From positions 2,190,001 through 2,222,000 of the forward strand of contig NC_008340.1 in assembly GCF_000014785.1 (NCBI RefSeq): a stretch of DNA of 32,000 nucleotides, given 5' to 3'. The notes beneath the pieces were generated by a model. That model saw only the letters and a list, made by a program, of their open reading frames with translations, was not told where the DNA came from and ran no database searches. The DNA is from Alkalilimnicola ehrlichii MLHE-1. GTDB taxonomy: Bacteria > Pseudomonadota > Gammaproteobacteria > Nitrococcales > Halorhodospiraceae. The translations under genes and the position numbers were made by a program. This document shows positions 1-7,672 of the stretch, one piece after another; within the stretch, counting starts at the first letter, position 1; every line of letters starts with the position of its first letter.

Positions 1-689
1 TAGAAGGCCCGGGCGGTCTCCCCCGCCCCTTTCACCAGGGCCATGCGCTGGCGCAGAGGCTCGTGGTGATCTTCCGGGATGAGCGCCCAGTCGGAGCGCC
101 GGTCCAGGGAGGGCGCCAGGGCCAGCGACCAGGCCACGATGCCGCCATCGGCGTCGGGTGACAAGGCGAACTGGGCGGCCTGGGAGACATTCTCGCCGAA
201 CACCAGGTGCGGCTGGATGACCTCCCACAGGCCCGCGGACTGCAGCGCCTGCTTGGCGGCCACGCCGTAGGGGGCGTGCTCGGGGTTGGCGATGGCGAAG
301 CGGCGGATCTCGCCGGCCTCCAGGGCCCCGGCCAGGGCGGCCAGCCCCGCCTCCGGGTCCAGCGACGCGCCCTGACGGGTGATGAGCACCACCCGGCCAA
401 CCGCGTAGAGGTCACCGGCATCCTCCAGGTGACCGGACTCGTACAGGGCCTCCACATAGGCCTCGTCGGCGGACATGTAAAGCTCGAAGGGCGCCCCCTG
501 GGCGATCTGGCGGCGGAAGTTGCCGGAGGAGCCGAAGTTGAGCCGCACCCGCTGGCCAGTCTCTTCGGTAAAGCGCGCCGCCAGATCCTCGATAGCGAAC
601 TGCAGGTCCGAGGCCGCCGCCACCGTGGGCGGGCGCTGCGCCTGCGCCGGCCCGGTGACAAGCAGAGCGATCATCAAAAAAAGGCTCAT
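1..689 (-). CDS. modA: Molybdate ABC transporter periplasmic substrate-binding protein; C-terminus lies beyond the window edge
   Basis: Absent from the supplied ORF track because it has no stop codon inside the window. Reading the reverse complement from the ATG (complement of 687-689) gives MSLFLMIALLVTGPAQAQRPPTVAAASDLQFAIEDLAARFTEETGQRVRLNFGSSGNFRRQIAQGAPFELYMSADEAYVEALYESGHLEDAGDLYAVGRVVLITRQG...FAIANPEHAPYGVAAKQALQSAGLWEVIQPHLVFGENVSQAAQF..., open down to position 1. It has a signal peptide and a ModA-like pattern (SGxxxxQI, ANPxxxPYG, ENVxQ). The listed ORFs 32-661(-) and 207-755(+) are off-frame shadows of this gene. Confidence 0.85.
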   Translation of the reverse strand, partial: MSLFLMIALLVTGPAQAQRPPTVAAASDLQFAIEDLAARFTEETGQRVRLNFGSSGNFRRQIAQGAPFELYMSADEAYVEALYESGHLEDAGDLYAVGRVVLITRQGASLDPEAGLAALAGALEAGEIRRFAIANPEHAPYGVAAKQALQSAGLWEVIQPHLVFGENVSQAAQFALSPDADGGIVAWSLALAPSLDRRSDWALIPEDHHEPLRQRMALVKGAGETARAF

Positions 690-835
690 CAGCCCGGCAA
701 CCCCCACCACCTGCGCAATAGCCTCCCCGCCTTGGGGTTGCCCCCTGCATGGTGATCTCGTCATTCCTTCTTTCCTCATCCAGCAAGCTTTGATCCCGAC
801 GGACAGAGCTGTTCCACAGCGCGCCACCCGACTAT

Positions 836-1624
836 TCACCCCTGACCGACGGCACGCAATACACCGTTGGCGATCGCGGCGGGCCTTTCGGCAACCCCGT
901 GCACATTGGTGCCTGCCGGCACCACCTCCACCGCTTTGCCCCCTGGGGCAACCCGGACGCCGTCACGCAGCACGCCCCGCACGATCCCGGTAACCGGGGC
1001 CCGCAACGGGCGGAGCCCCAGGTGGGCCACGGGCTCGCCGACATTCACCGGCTCACCGATTTGGCGTGCCCCCGCGATAACACCCGCGCACGGCGCATAG
1101 ACGTAGCGCTCGCGACCATAACCCTGGATCGAACGCGGCTCCCCGGCCAGCGGCCGCGTCCGACCGCGGTAAACAACCCGGCCCAGGTCTTTGCCCCAGG
1201 CAGTTTCTACGGCAACATCGACGTTCCGGCCGGCAGCAAAGTTCGGCCCCAGCCCGATCACCTGGGGCGCCAGGCCACGTTGGTCTTCGGGTTGGTCACG
1301 TTTGCGCATCCGGGCATCAACCAATAGCACAGGCTCCAGGACGGGCAGCAGTTCCTGGAGCGCGCACGCGGTTACCGCGATGAACCCACACGAGCGTCGC
1401 TGCCACCCCGGCATGCCATCAATGCAGCATGCGACCACCCCCTCGAGTTCGGATTCTCCGTCAAACAGCGCATCCGCAAACGCTTGGCCCCGCCGATGAA
1501 CGGCCGGCGCCGGGCGGTCCACCATGACGACCAAAAACCCGGCCTGATGCAGCGACAGAGCAACCGCCGACGCCACATCATTCACCCCCCTCACAATCGC
1601 CGTTCGCGTCCTTCCGTCCATCAC
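836..1624 (-). CDS. YqeB-family protein: stand-alone homolog of the C-terminal half of E. coli YqeB (accessory family associated with selenium-dependent molybdenum hydroxylases)
   Basis: 262-aa ORF. TAIVRGVNDVASAVALSLHQAGFLVVMVDRPAPAVHRRGQAFADALFDGESELEGV aligns by eye with the YqeB segment I recall as VVIRGAGDIASGVALRLYHAGFKVIMLEVEKPTVIRCTVAFAQAVFDGEMTVEGV. The tail LRAPVTGIVRGVLRDGVRVAPGGK and AAIANGVLRAV also resembles the YqeB C-terminus. This assignment is from memory, not from a search. Confidence 0.65.
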   Translation of the reverse strand: MMDGRTRTAIVRGVNDVASAVALSLHQAGFLVVMVDRPAPAVHRRGQAFADALFDGESELEGVVACCIDGMPGWQRRSCGFIAVTACALQELLPVLEPVLLVDARMRKRDQPEDQRGLAPQVIGLGPNFAAGRNVDVAVETAWGKDLGRVVYRGRTRPLAGEPRSIQGYGRERYVYAPCAGVIAGARQIGEPVNVGEPVAHLGLRPLRAPVTGIVRGVLRDGVRVAPGGKAVEVVPAGTNVHGVAERPAAIANGVLRAVGQG

Positions 1625-1686
1625 GGTATCCCTGCCTGTGTAGCGGACTTTGCACCCAACTCGGGGCAGGCCCGCCTCGTAGCAAC

Positions 1687-1710
1687 CGCTATGTCACATA
1701 GGACATAGCG
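1687..1710. promoter_or_regulatory. Mo-box-like palindromic operator (candidate ModE-family binding site)
   Basis: CGCTATGTC-ACATAG-GACATAGCG has perfect 9-bp inverted arms and a 6-bp spacer. It lies 63-86 nt upstream of the yqeB-like start and just downstream of the modE-like gene. The outer CGnTAT...ATAnCG pattern resembles ModE/MopA operators as I recall them. Confidence 0.4.
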
Positions 1711-1759
1711 TTAAGCAGCAATGTACCGGAAGGCTTCTGTGATTCCAAGCTCACTTCAG

Positions 1760-2173
1760 TTAGGCCCGGCGTCCGGGCTCGTGCAGCGCCAGTAAGTCCG
1801 CCAATTCCGCCTGGGCGGCCTCGCGAATTCGCGCCTCCAGCGCATCGTAGCGCTCGAGCAGGGCCTCACCCAGCGGGGTCAGGCGGGTTCCGCCGCCACC
1901 CCGGCCACCGGCAACGGTCTCGACCACGGGGTGCCCCAGCCCCTCGTTTATCGTGTTGAGCAGCATCCAGGCCCGCTTGTAGGGCATACCCATGGCCCGC
2001 GCCGCGGCAGAGATGGAGCGGTGCTCGCCCACGCAGCGCAGCAGCCGGATCTTGCCGGGCCCGAGCGAGAGCGATTCGTTGACTTTGACCCGCGGGCTTA
2101 GGATGCCTGCGTCAGGTCCCTGGGCGGGAGAGGCGTTCGATGCGTTCATGGGGCGACAGGCTACCCCAACCAC
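1760..2173 (-). CDS. modE: ModE-family molybdenum-responsive transcriptional regulator, N-terminal winged-helix domain only
   Basis: LGPGKIRLLRCVGEHRSISAAARAMGMPYKRAWMLLNTINEGLGHPVVETVAGGRGGGGTRLTPLGEALLERY is the typical ModE/MopA N-terminal HTH domain. The start is either GTG at 2173 or ATG at 2149 (MNASNAS...). No Mop/molbindin domain follows. Confidence 0.75.
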   Translation of the reverse strand: MVGVACRPMNASNASPAQGPDAGILSPRVKVNESLSLGPGKIRLLRCVGEHRSISAAARAMGMPYKRAWMLLNTINEGLGHPVVETVAGGRGGGGTRLTPLGEALLERYDALEARIREAAQAELADLLALHEPGRRA

Positions 2174-2264
2174 CGAGGCGGCCCAAGCCGGAAGGGCTAG
2201 AAAAGCGGGCTCATTGAACCCCGAAATAAGGCGGTGCTACCGGGAAAAGCAGTCAGACAATGGG

Positions 2265-2531
2265 TCAGACCCGGATCACACCCGCCTTGCGCCCCCGCTC
2301 GTACTCTTGAATCTCTTTCAGCAGGCTCTCTTCCAGGGCAGCCAGCCCTTGTTCCTTATTCTTTTCGGGCGCTGACCGCTTGTTCTTTCTGGCGGCCTTT
2401 TTGGCTTCCGCTTTGGCTTTGGCCCGCTGGCCCAGTTCCTTTTCCACCTGCGCGGCGAGATCGCGCAATGCTGACAACGGCCATTTCCGGGTATCCGAGA
2501 TCCCCAGGATGGCTCCCGGTCGTTTCGCCAT
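2265..2531 (-). CDS. Small Lys/Glu/Ala-rich hypothetical protein (88 aa)
   Basis: The ORF is 2265-2546. The internal ATG at 2531 (MAKRPGAILGISDTRKWPLSALRDLAAQVEKELGQRAKAKAEAKKAARKNKR...) is preceded by a strong GGAGG 8 nt upstream (ATGGAGGTGGAATCGATGGCG), so I prefer that start. Codon third positions are GC-biased like the neighbouring genes. I recognise no family. Confidence 0.5.
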   Translation of the reverse strand: MAKRPGAILGISDTRKWPLSALRDLAAQVEKELGQRAKAKAEAKKAARKNKRSAPEKNKEQGLAALEESLLKEIQEYERGRKAGVIRV

Positions 2532-2739
2532 CGATTCCACCTCCATTGAAGGATCGGCTGTGGTTAAAGACAGTGGTTAGGAAATCTGACCACAGAATGC
2601 CAAGATGGTGCCACGTTCTGCAACCTCCATTCGCATTCCGCCACGGATCGGGCGGGCAACGCTGGCATTCTCATGGGCGGAGACCTCAGACTAGGCGCCA
2701 CGGCCGGTAACGCGCAACAACCCCACCGATGGAGGTGCC

Positions 2740-4146
2740 ATGGAGCCTGAAGCAACGTCGATGGATTGGGAACGGTTGCTGAGCAAGCAACGGCTCGGGC
2801 GCCCCGACGAGGAAGGCAGTCTCGGTTTCCGCACCGATTTCCAGCGGGATTTCGACCGTATCGTCTTCTCCTCGGCCTTTCGCCGGCTGCAGGACAAGAC
2901 CCAGGTCTTCCCGCTGGCGGAGAGCGACTACGTGCGCACCCGGCTCACCCACAGCCTGGAGGTCTCCTGTGTGGGGCGCTCCCTGGGCACGCGGGTGGGC
3001 GAGGCGATCACCCGTCGCGAGGGCTACACCGAGGTGGCCCCCGGCGACATCGGCGCCATCGTGGCAGCCGCCTGCCTGGCCCACGACATCGGCAACCCGC
3101 CCTTCGGCCATGCCGGCGAGGACGCCATCCGCCACTGGGTGCGAACCAGTCCGGTGGCCCGCCGGGCGCTGGACGAGTTAAGCCCGCCACAGCGGGCGGA
3201 GTTCGAGCACTTCGAGGGCAATGCCCAGGGCTTCCGGGTGGTCACCCGGCTGCAGAACCCGGACAACCGCGGTGGTCTGCAATTGACCTACGCGACCCTC
3301 GGCGCCGCCCTGAAGTACCCCTGCCCCGCCCACGCCATCGACCCCGGCTACGGCATCAGCCGAAAGAAGTACGGCTATTTCGTCGCCGAAGCCGATCTCT
3401 TCCGCGCTGTGGCCCAGACCAACGGCCTGCTCAAGCAGGCCCCGCGCACCTACTGCCGCCACCCGCTGGCCTTCGTCATGGAGGCGGCGGATAACATCGC
3501 CTACCTGATCGTCGACTTCGAGGATGCCTTCCGGCTCGGTATCCTGGAGTACCGCACGGTGCACGATCACTTCCGCGCCCTCCTCCGAGGCAAGGACCAG
3601 GGCACGGTGGAGCGACGCCTGGCCCGGCTGCGGGACGACAAGGAGCGGGTGGAGTACCTGCGTGCGCGCGCCATCAATGAGCTGGTGGAGGCCAGCGCCC
3701 GCGCCTTCATGGATCACGAGGCGGAGATCATGACCGGTCGCTTCGAGCGGGAACTGACCGACACCCTGCCATTCAGTGAGGCCCTGCGCGCTATCGCCGG
3801 GGTGTCTCAGGAGCGGATCTACGACCACCTGGAGGTGCAGGGGGTGTGCGCGGCGGGTTACAGCGTGATCGGCGGCTTGCTGGACCTGTTTCATGAGGCG
3901 GTCCACGACACCGCCGTGGCCCTGGAGGAGGGTAAGCAGGCCCCACCGCGCTCGCGCACTGTGACCAACCTGGTGCCGGAGCAGTTCCTCTACCAGTACG
4001 ACCCCGATTCCGGCCGGCGGTATCGGGTCACCGACCCCTACCTGTTGCTGCTCAATCTCACCGACTTCATCGCCGGCATGACCGACGGCTACGCGGTCTC
4101 GCTCTACAAGAAGCTGACCGGGATGGCTCTGCCCCACCACGGCTGA
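2740..4146 (+). CDS. dgt: Deoxyguanosinetriphosphate triphosphohydrolase-like HD-domain protein (Dgt family)
   Basis: RTDFQRDFDRIVFSSAFRRLQDKTQVFPL, YVRTRLTHSLEVSCVGRSLG and AACLAHDIGNPPFGHAGE are the canonical dGTPase/HD motifs. GGAGG lies 4 nt upstream of the ATG at 2740. Confidence 0.9.
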   Translation: MEPEATSMDWERLLSKQRLGRPDEEGSLGFRTDFQRDFDRIVFSSAFRRLQDKTQVFPLAESDYVRTRLTHSLEVSCVGRSLGTRVGEAITRREGYTEVAPGDIGAIVAAACLAHDIGNPPFGHAGEDAIRHWVRTSPVARRALDELSPPQRAEFEHFEGNAQGFRVVTRLQNPDNRGGLQLTYATLGAALKYPCPAHAIDPGYGISRKKYGYFVAEADLFRAVAQTNGLLKQAPRTYCRHPLAFVMEAADNIAYLIVDFEDAFRLGILEYRTVHDHFRALLRGKDQGTVERRLARLRDDKERVEYLRARAINELVEASARAFMDHEAEIMTGRFERELTDTLPFSEALRAIAGVSQERIYDHLEVQGVCAAGYSVIGGLLDLFHEAVHDTAVALEEGKQAPPRSRTVTNLVPEQFLYQYDPDSGRRYRVTDPYLLLLNLTDFIAGMTDGYAVSLYKKLTGMALPHHG

Positions 4147-4155
4147 GGCGGGGCG

Positions 4156-6363
4156 TTACCGGGCGGTCGCGGCGCCGAAGGGCTCTGCCAGACGCCGGCG
4201 AAGCACCGTCAACGGCATGGGGCGGGCGAAGAAAAAGCCCTGCAGCAGGTCGCAGCCGCGATCCTGCAGGTCCCGGCGCTGGGCCTCGGTCTCGATGCCC
4301 TCGGCCACCACCGCCAGCTCCAGGTGGTGGGCCATGGTGATAACCCCCTGGACGATGGCGGCGGTGTTGCGGCTGTTGGTGACATCCTGGATAAAGCTGC
4401 GATCCAGCTTCACCTTGTCGATGGGTAAGTAACGCAGGTAGCTCAGGCTGGAAAAGCCGGTGCCGAAGTCGTCGATGGCGGCGTGGACGCCCAGCGAGCG
4501 CAGCGCCGCCAGGGTGTCGATGGTGGCCTCGGTGTCGGCCATCAGCACCCCCTCGGTCAGCTCCAGCTCCAGCGTCTCGGCGGGCAGTCCGCTCTCGCTG
4601 AGCACCTGCGCCAGGTTATCCAGAAACCCCGGACGCCGGAACTGCAGCGGCGAGATATTCACCGCCACCGGAAGGGTGCGTCCGGTGCGCGCCTTCAGAT
4701 CGGCCATGTCACGGCAGGCCCGGTGCAGGATCCAGTGCCCGATATCGATGATCTGACCGGTCTGCTCCGCCAGCGGGATGAACACCCCAGGCGGGATCAG
4801 CCCGCGTTCGGGATGTTGCCAGCGCACCAATGCCTCCACGCTGTGCAGATACCCCGTGGCCGCATCGACCACCGGCTGATAGTGCAGCATGAGCTGATCA
4901 CCGGCGATCGCCTCCTGCAGGTCGCGGCGCAGGCTGATGTCCTCGCCCTGCGCCCTGGTCCCCAACTCGCCGGCGTAGCGGCGCCAGGTGTTGCGCCCCT
5001 GCTGCTTGGCCTGCTGCATCGCCCGGTTGGCGAACTGCACCATCTCCTCCGGGCTTTTCACATCCCGGTGGTTCAGGGCGATGCCAATGCTGGCGCTGAT
5101 GTGCACCTCGTGCCGGCCCAGGCTGTGGGAGCGCTTAAACAGCGTGAGCACACGATCGGCCACCGCCAGCGCCTCCGCCTCCCCGGACAACCCGGGTAAC
5201 AGCATGACGAACTCATCACCGCCGAACCGCGACAGCGTGTCACTGGGCCCGAGCAGCCGCTCCAGGCGGCGGGCGGCGGCGACCAGCAACTGGTCGCCAA
5301 AGGCGTGGCCCAGGCTGTCATTCACCGGCTTGAAATCGTCCAGGTCGATATAGAGCACGGCCAACAGATCGTTGTGCTGGCGACACAGATAAAAGTCGTG
5401 GCGCAGCCGCGACTCAAACTCGCGGCGGTTGGGCAACCCGGTGATGGTGTCGTGGCTGGCGTAATAGGCCAGGCGCGCCTCGTATTGCTTGCGCAGGGTG
5501 ACATCACGGGCGATGCCGTAGATACCGACCACCCGGTCATCGACAATGATCGGCAGGTTGGTGATCTCCAACTCTACCTTGCTCCCATTGGCGGTCCGGG
5601 CCTGCACCTCGTAGTGCTGGGCCTTGCCGCGGCATACGGCCTCGAAGGCCGCATCGCTGCGGCGCCGGTCTTCACTGAAGACAAACGCATGGTAATGGCG
5701 TCCGAGCAGCTCGGACTCCGGCAGTCCGATCAGTCGGGTCGCGGAACGGTTGGCCGCCCGCAGCCGCCCCTCCAGGTCCACTTGGAACACCGCATCCGGG
5801 TGCTCGGTGAACAACGAGCGGTAACGCTGTTCGGCCTCCTGCAGCGCCCGCCGGTCGAGCTGGCGTTCCACCGCCAGGGCCACCAGCCCGGCGGCGCGCT
5901 GGATCTGTGCCTGATCATGCGCCGTCGGCTCGCCCGGTTGACGGTAGTAGGTGGCGAAGGTGCCCAGAAGCGCCCCGCTGCGGGCGATCACTGGCACGGA
6001 CCAACAGGCGCGCACCCCCTCGTCCCGGGCCAAATCGTGAAACCCGTTCCAGCTCCGATCCGCCATGATATCGGCGGTGGCCACCAGGCGCCGTTCGTGG
6101 GCTGCGCTGCCGCAGGTGCCGATCCCGGGGCCCACCGGGATTCCCTGCATGGCCTGACAGAAGCGCTCGGAGAAGCTGTGACCACCGCTGAGGTTGAGGG
6201 TGCGCTCTTCCGGATCGGCCAGCATGATCGAACAGAGGGCCCCTGGCAGGTGCTCCTCGATCATCCGGGTGATGGCGGCCAGGATCTCGTCGAGCGGCGC
6301 ATGCCGCGCGATCAGGTCCTGGATCGCCTGCTGGGTCTCGAGTTGTGCGCTTACGCCAGTCAC
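4156..6363 (-). CDS. GAF-PAS-GGDEF-EAL signalling protein (diguanylate cyclase / c-di-GMP phosphodiesterase)
   Basis: 735 aa. It has an N-terminal GAF-like region and a PAS segment (FTEHPDAVFQVDLEGRLRAANRSATRLIG). The GGDEF domain has RFGGDEFVMLL. The EAL domain has VEALVRW, DDFGTGFSSLSYL, KLDRSF, AEGIET and QGFFFARP. The start is GTG at 6363. Confidence 0.9.
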   Translation of the reverse strand: MTGVSAQLETQQAIQDLIARHAPLDEILAAITRMIEEHLPGALCSIMLADPEERTLNLSGGHSFSERFCQAMQGIPVGPGIGTCGSAAHERRLVATADIMADRSWNGFHDLARDEGVRACWSVPVIARSGALLGTFATYYRQPGEPTAHDQAQIQRAAGLVALAVERQLDRRALQEAEQRYRSLFTEHPDAVFQVDLEGRLRAANRSATRLIGLPESELLGRHYHAFVFSEDRRRSDAAFEAVCRGKAQHYEVQARTANGSKVELEITNLPIIVDDRVVGIYGIARDVTLRKQYEARLAYYASHDTITGLPNRREFESRLRHDFYLCRQHNDLLAVLYIDLDDFKPVNDSLGHAFGDQLLVAAARRLERLLGPSDTLSRFGGDEFVMLLPGLSGEAEALAVADRVLTLFKRSHSLGRHEVHISASIGIALNHRDVKSPEEMVQFANRAMQQAKQQGRNTWRRYAGELGTRAQGEDISLRRDLQEAIAGDQLMLHYQPVVDAATGYLHSVEALVRWQHPERGLIPPGVFIPLAEQTGQIIDIGHWILHRACRDMADLKARTGRTLPVAVNISPLQFRRPGFLDNLAQVLSESGLPAETLELELTEGVLMADTEATIDTLAALRSLGVHAAIDDFGTGFSSLSYLRYLPIDKVKLDRSFIQDVTNSRNTAAIVQGVITMAHHLELAVVAEGIETEAQRRDLQDRGCDLLQGFFFARPMPLTVLRRRLAEPFGAATAR

Positions 6364-6587
6364 GGTAGCTGCTGCATCCCGGGTGGGGCCGACGAGGAGT
6401 GGCTCAGGCGGCCATCCCGGGTTTTTGCCCTTTATTTTTTATAGGTATAGCGCGAGAACACCCACGAACGAACTAGTCTCTTCGGAGTATAACACCGCAA
6501 AACCAGCAAAGATTTTCCGCCCCTGCGGCTAAAGGTTGCCGCAATTCAGCCGATCACCCGGTGGCATTTCAGCGTCCGGAGCCCGCC

Positions 6588-7652
6588 ATGCACATCGCCG
6601 AGTACAGCATCCAGATGGCCAGTCAGCGCTTGTCGTTTGAGCAACGTGAGGTCCGCGAACAGTGGGTGGCCGGGCCACCTCCCGCCGGCCCTCCCGGCCG
6701 ACCGGCAGCCCCACCCGGCCTCGCCCTGGGCCTGCGGGGCGAGGCCCCCAATGGCGCCGGAGCCGGCGCGACGGCCCCAGGCCCGACCCGCGCCCTGGCG
6801 CCGGCGGATGCCGAACCCGGCCCGCTGGATGACCTCAAGATGAACCTGCTGCGCCTGCTGGTGGAGCGCCTCACCGGCCGCAGTCTCCGGGTCATCAGCC
6901 CGCGCGACTTGGTCCCCGACACCCCGGAGGCGGACGTACCAATGCCGACCGGCTCGGCGCAGCCGGGCACCCCTAATCGCAGCGGCTGGGGCGTGGCCTA
7001 TGAGTACCACGAGCGCCGGGTAGAGGTGGAGAGCACGCGGTTCCAGGCCAGCGGCACGATCCACACCGCCGATGGCCAACGCATCGACCTGGCAGTGGAA
7101 CTGGACATGTCCCGGGCCCTTATGGAGGAGACACGCCTCAGCGTGCAGACGGGCGCGCAGCGGTTGCACGACCCATTGGTCATCAATTTTGACGGCAACG
7201 CCGCAGAGCTTACAGAGACCCGGTTCCGGTTCGATCTGGATGCCGATGGCCAGGAACAGCAGATCGCCTTCCTCCAGCCCGGCAGTGGCTTTTTGGCCAT
7301 CGACCGCTCGGGCAGCGGCCGGGTGGATAACGGCGGTGAGCTGTTCGGGCCGCTCACCGGCGACGGGTTTGCCGAGCTGCGCGCCTACGACGACGATCGC
7401 AATGGCTGGATCGACGCCGATGACGCCGTCTATGACCGCCTCCGGGTCTGGACCCGCGACGCGGAGGGCAACGATCACCTGCTGGCGCTGGGCGAGGTGG
7501 GCGTGGGCGCGATCTATCTGGGCCACGTGAGCACGCCGTTCGACCTGAGAAGCGGTGCCAATCAGCTTCAGGGCCATATTCAGAGCACCGGGCTATGGGT
7601 GGGTGACTCCGGCCGCGCCGGCACCGTGCAGCACGTGGACCTGGCCGTCTGA
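6588..7652 (+). CDS. Uncharacterised protein with a Pro/Ala/Gly-rich linker and C-terminal DxDxDG-type (EF-hand/FG-GAP-like) putative Ca-binding repeats
   Basis: The ORF is 6561-7652 with a GTG start. The ATG at 6588 has GGAG 6 nt upstream. Motifs: FDLDADGQEQQIAF, AIDRSGSGRVDNGGELFGP and YDDDRNGWIDADDAVYDRLRVW. I see no signal peptide. Confidence 0.7.
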   Translation: MHIAEYSIQMASQRLSFEQREVREQWVAGPPPAGPPGRPAAPPGLALGLRGEAPNGAGAGATAPGPTRALAPADAEPGPLDDLKMNLLRLLVERLTGRSLRVISPRDLVPDTPEADVPMPTGSAQPGTPNRSGWGVAYEYHERRVEVESTRFQASGTIHTADGQRIDLAVELDMSRALMEETRLSVQTGAQRLHDPLVINFDGNAAELTETRFRFDLDADGQEQQIAFLQPGSGFLAIDRSGSGRVDNGGELFGPLTGDGFAELRAYDDDRNGWIDADDAVYDRLRVWTRDAEGNDHLLALGEVGVGAIYLGHVSTPFDLRSGANQLQGHIQSTGLWVGDSGRAGTVQHVDLAV

Positions 7653-7672
7653 GGACGGCGGCCTGCGGGGGC

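Noticed and set aside
32-755. Listed ORFs 32-661(-), 207-755(+) and 412-786(-) at the left edge
   Set aside because: These are Arg/Pro/Ala-rich off-frame translations. The real gene is modA in another minus-strand frame, which is open to the window edge and gives a clean ModA-like sequence with a signal peptide.
690-835. A Moco riboswitch upstream of modA
   Set aside because: I looked for the conserved Moco-motif features in the 146-nt yqeB-like/modA spacer. I found only a small GGGG-caa-CCCC hairpin and could not recognise the motif by eye. A cmscan with the Rfam Moco model would settle it.
2740-4146. The Dgt-family dGTPase as a possible anti-phage dNTP-depletion enzyme
   Set aside because: The family does include defence dGTPases. 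However, this copy sits among housekeeping and signalling genes, with no island features, no mobile genes and no other defence genes. Nothing in the sequence distinguishes it from a housekeeping dGTPase-like protein.
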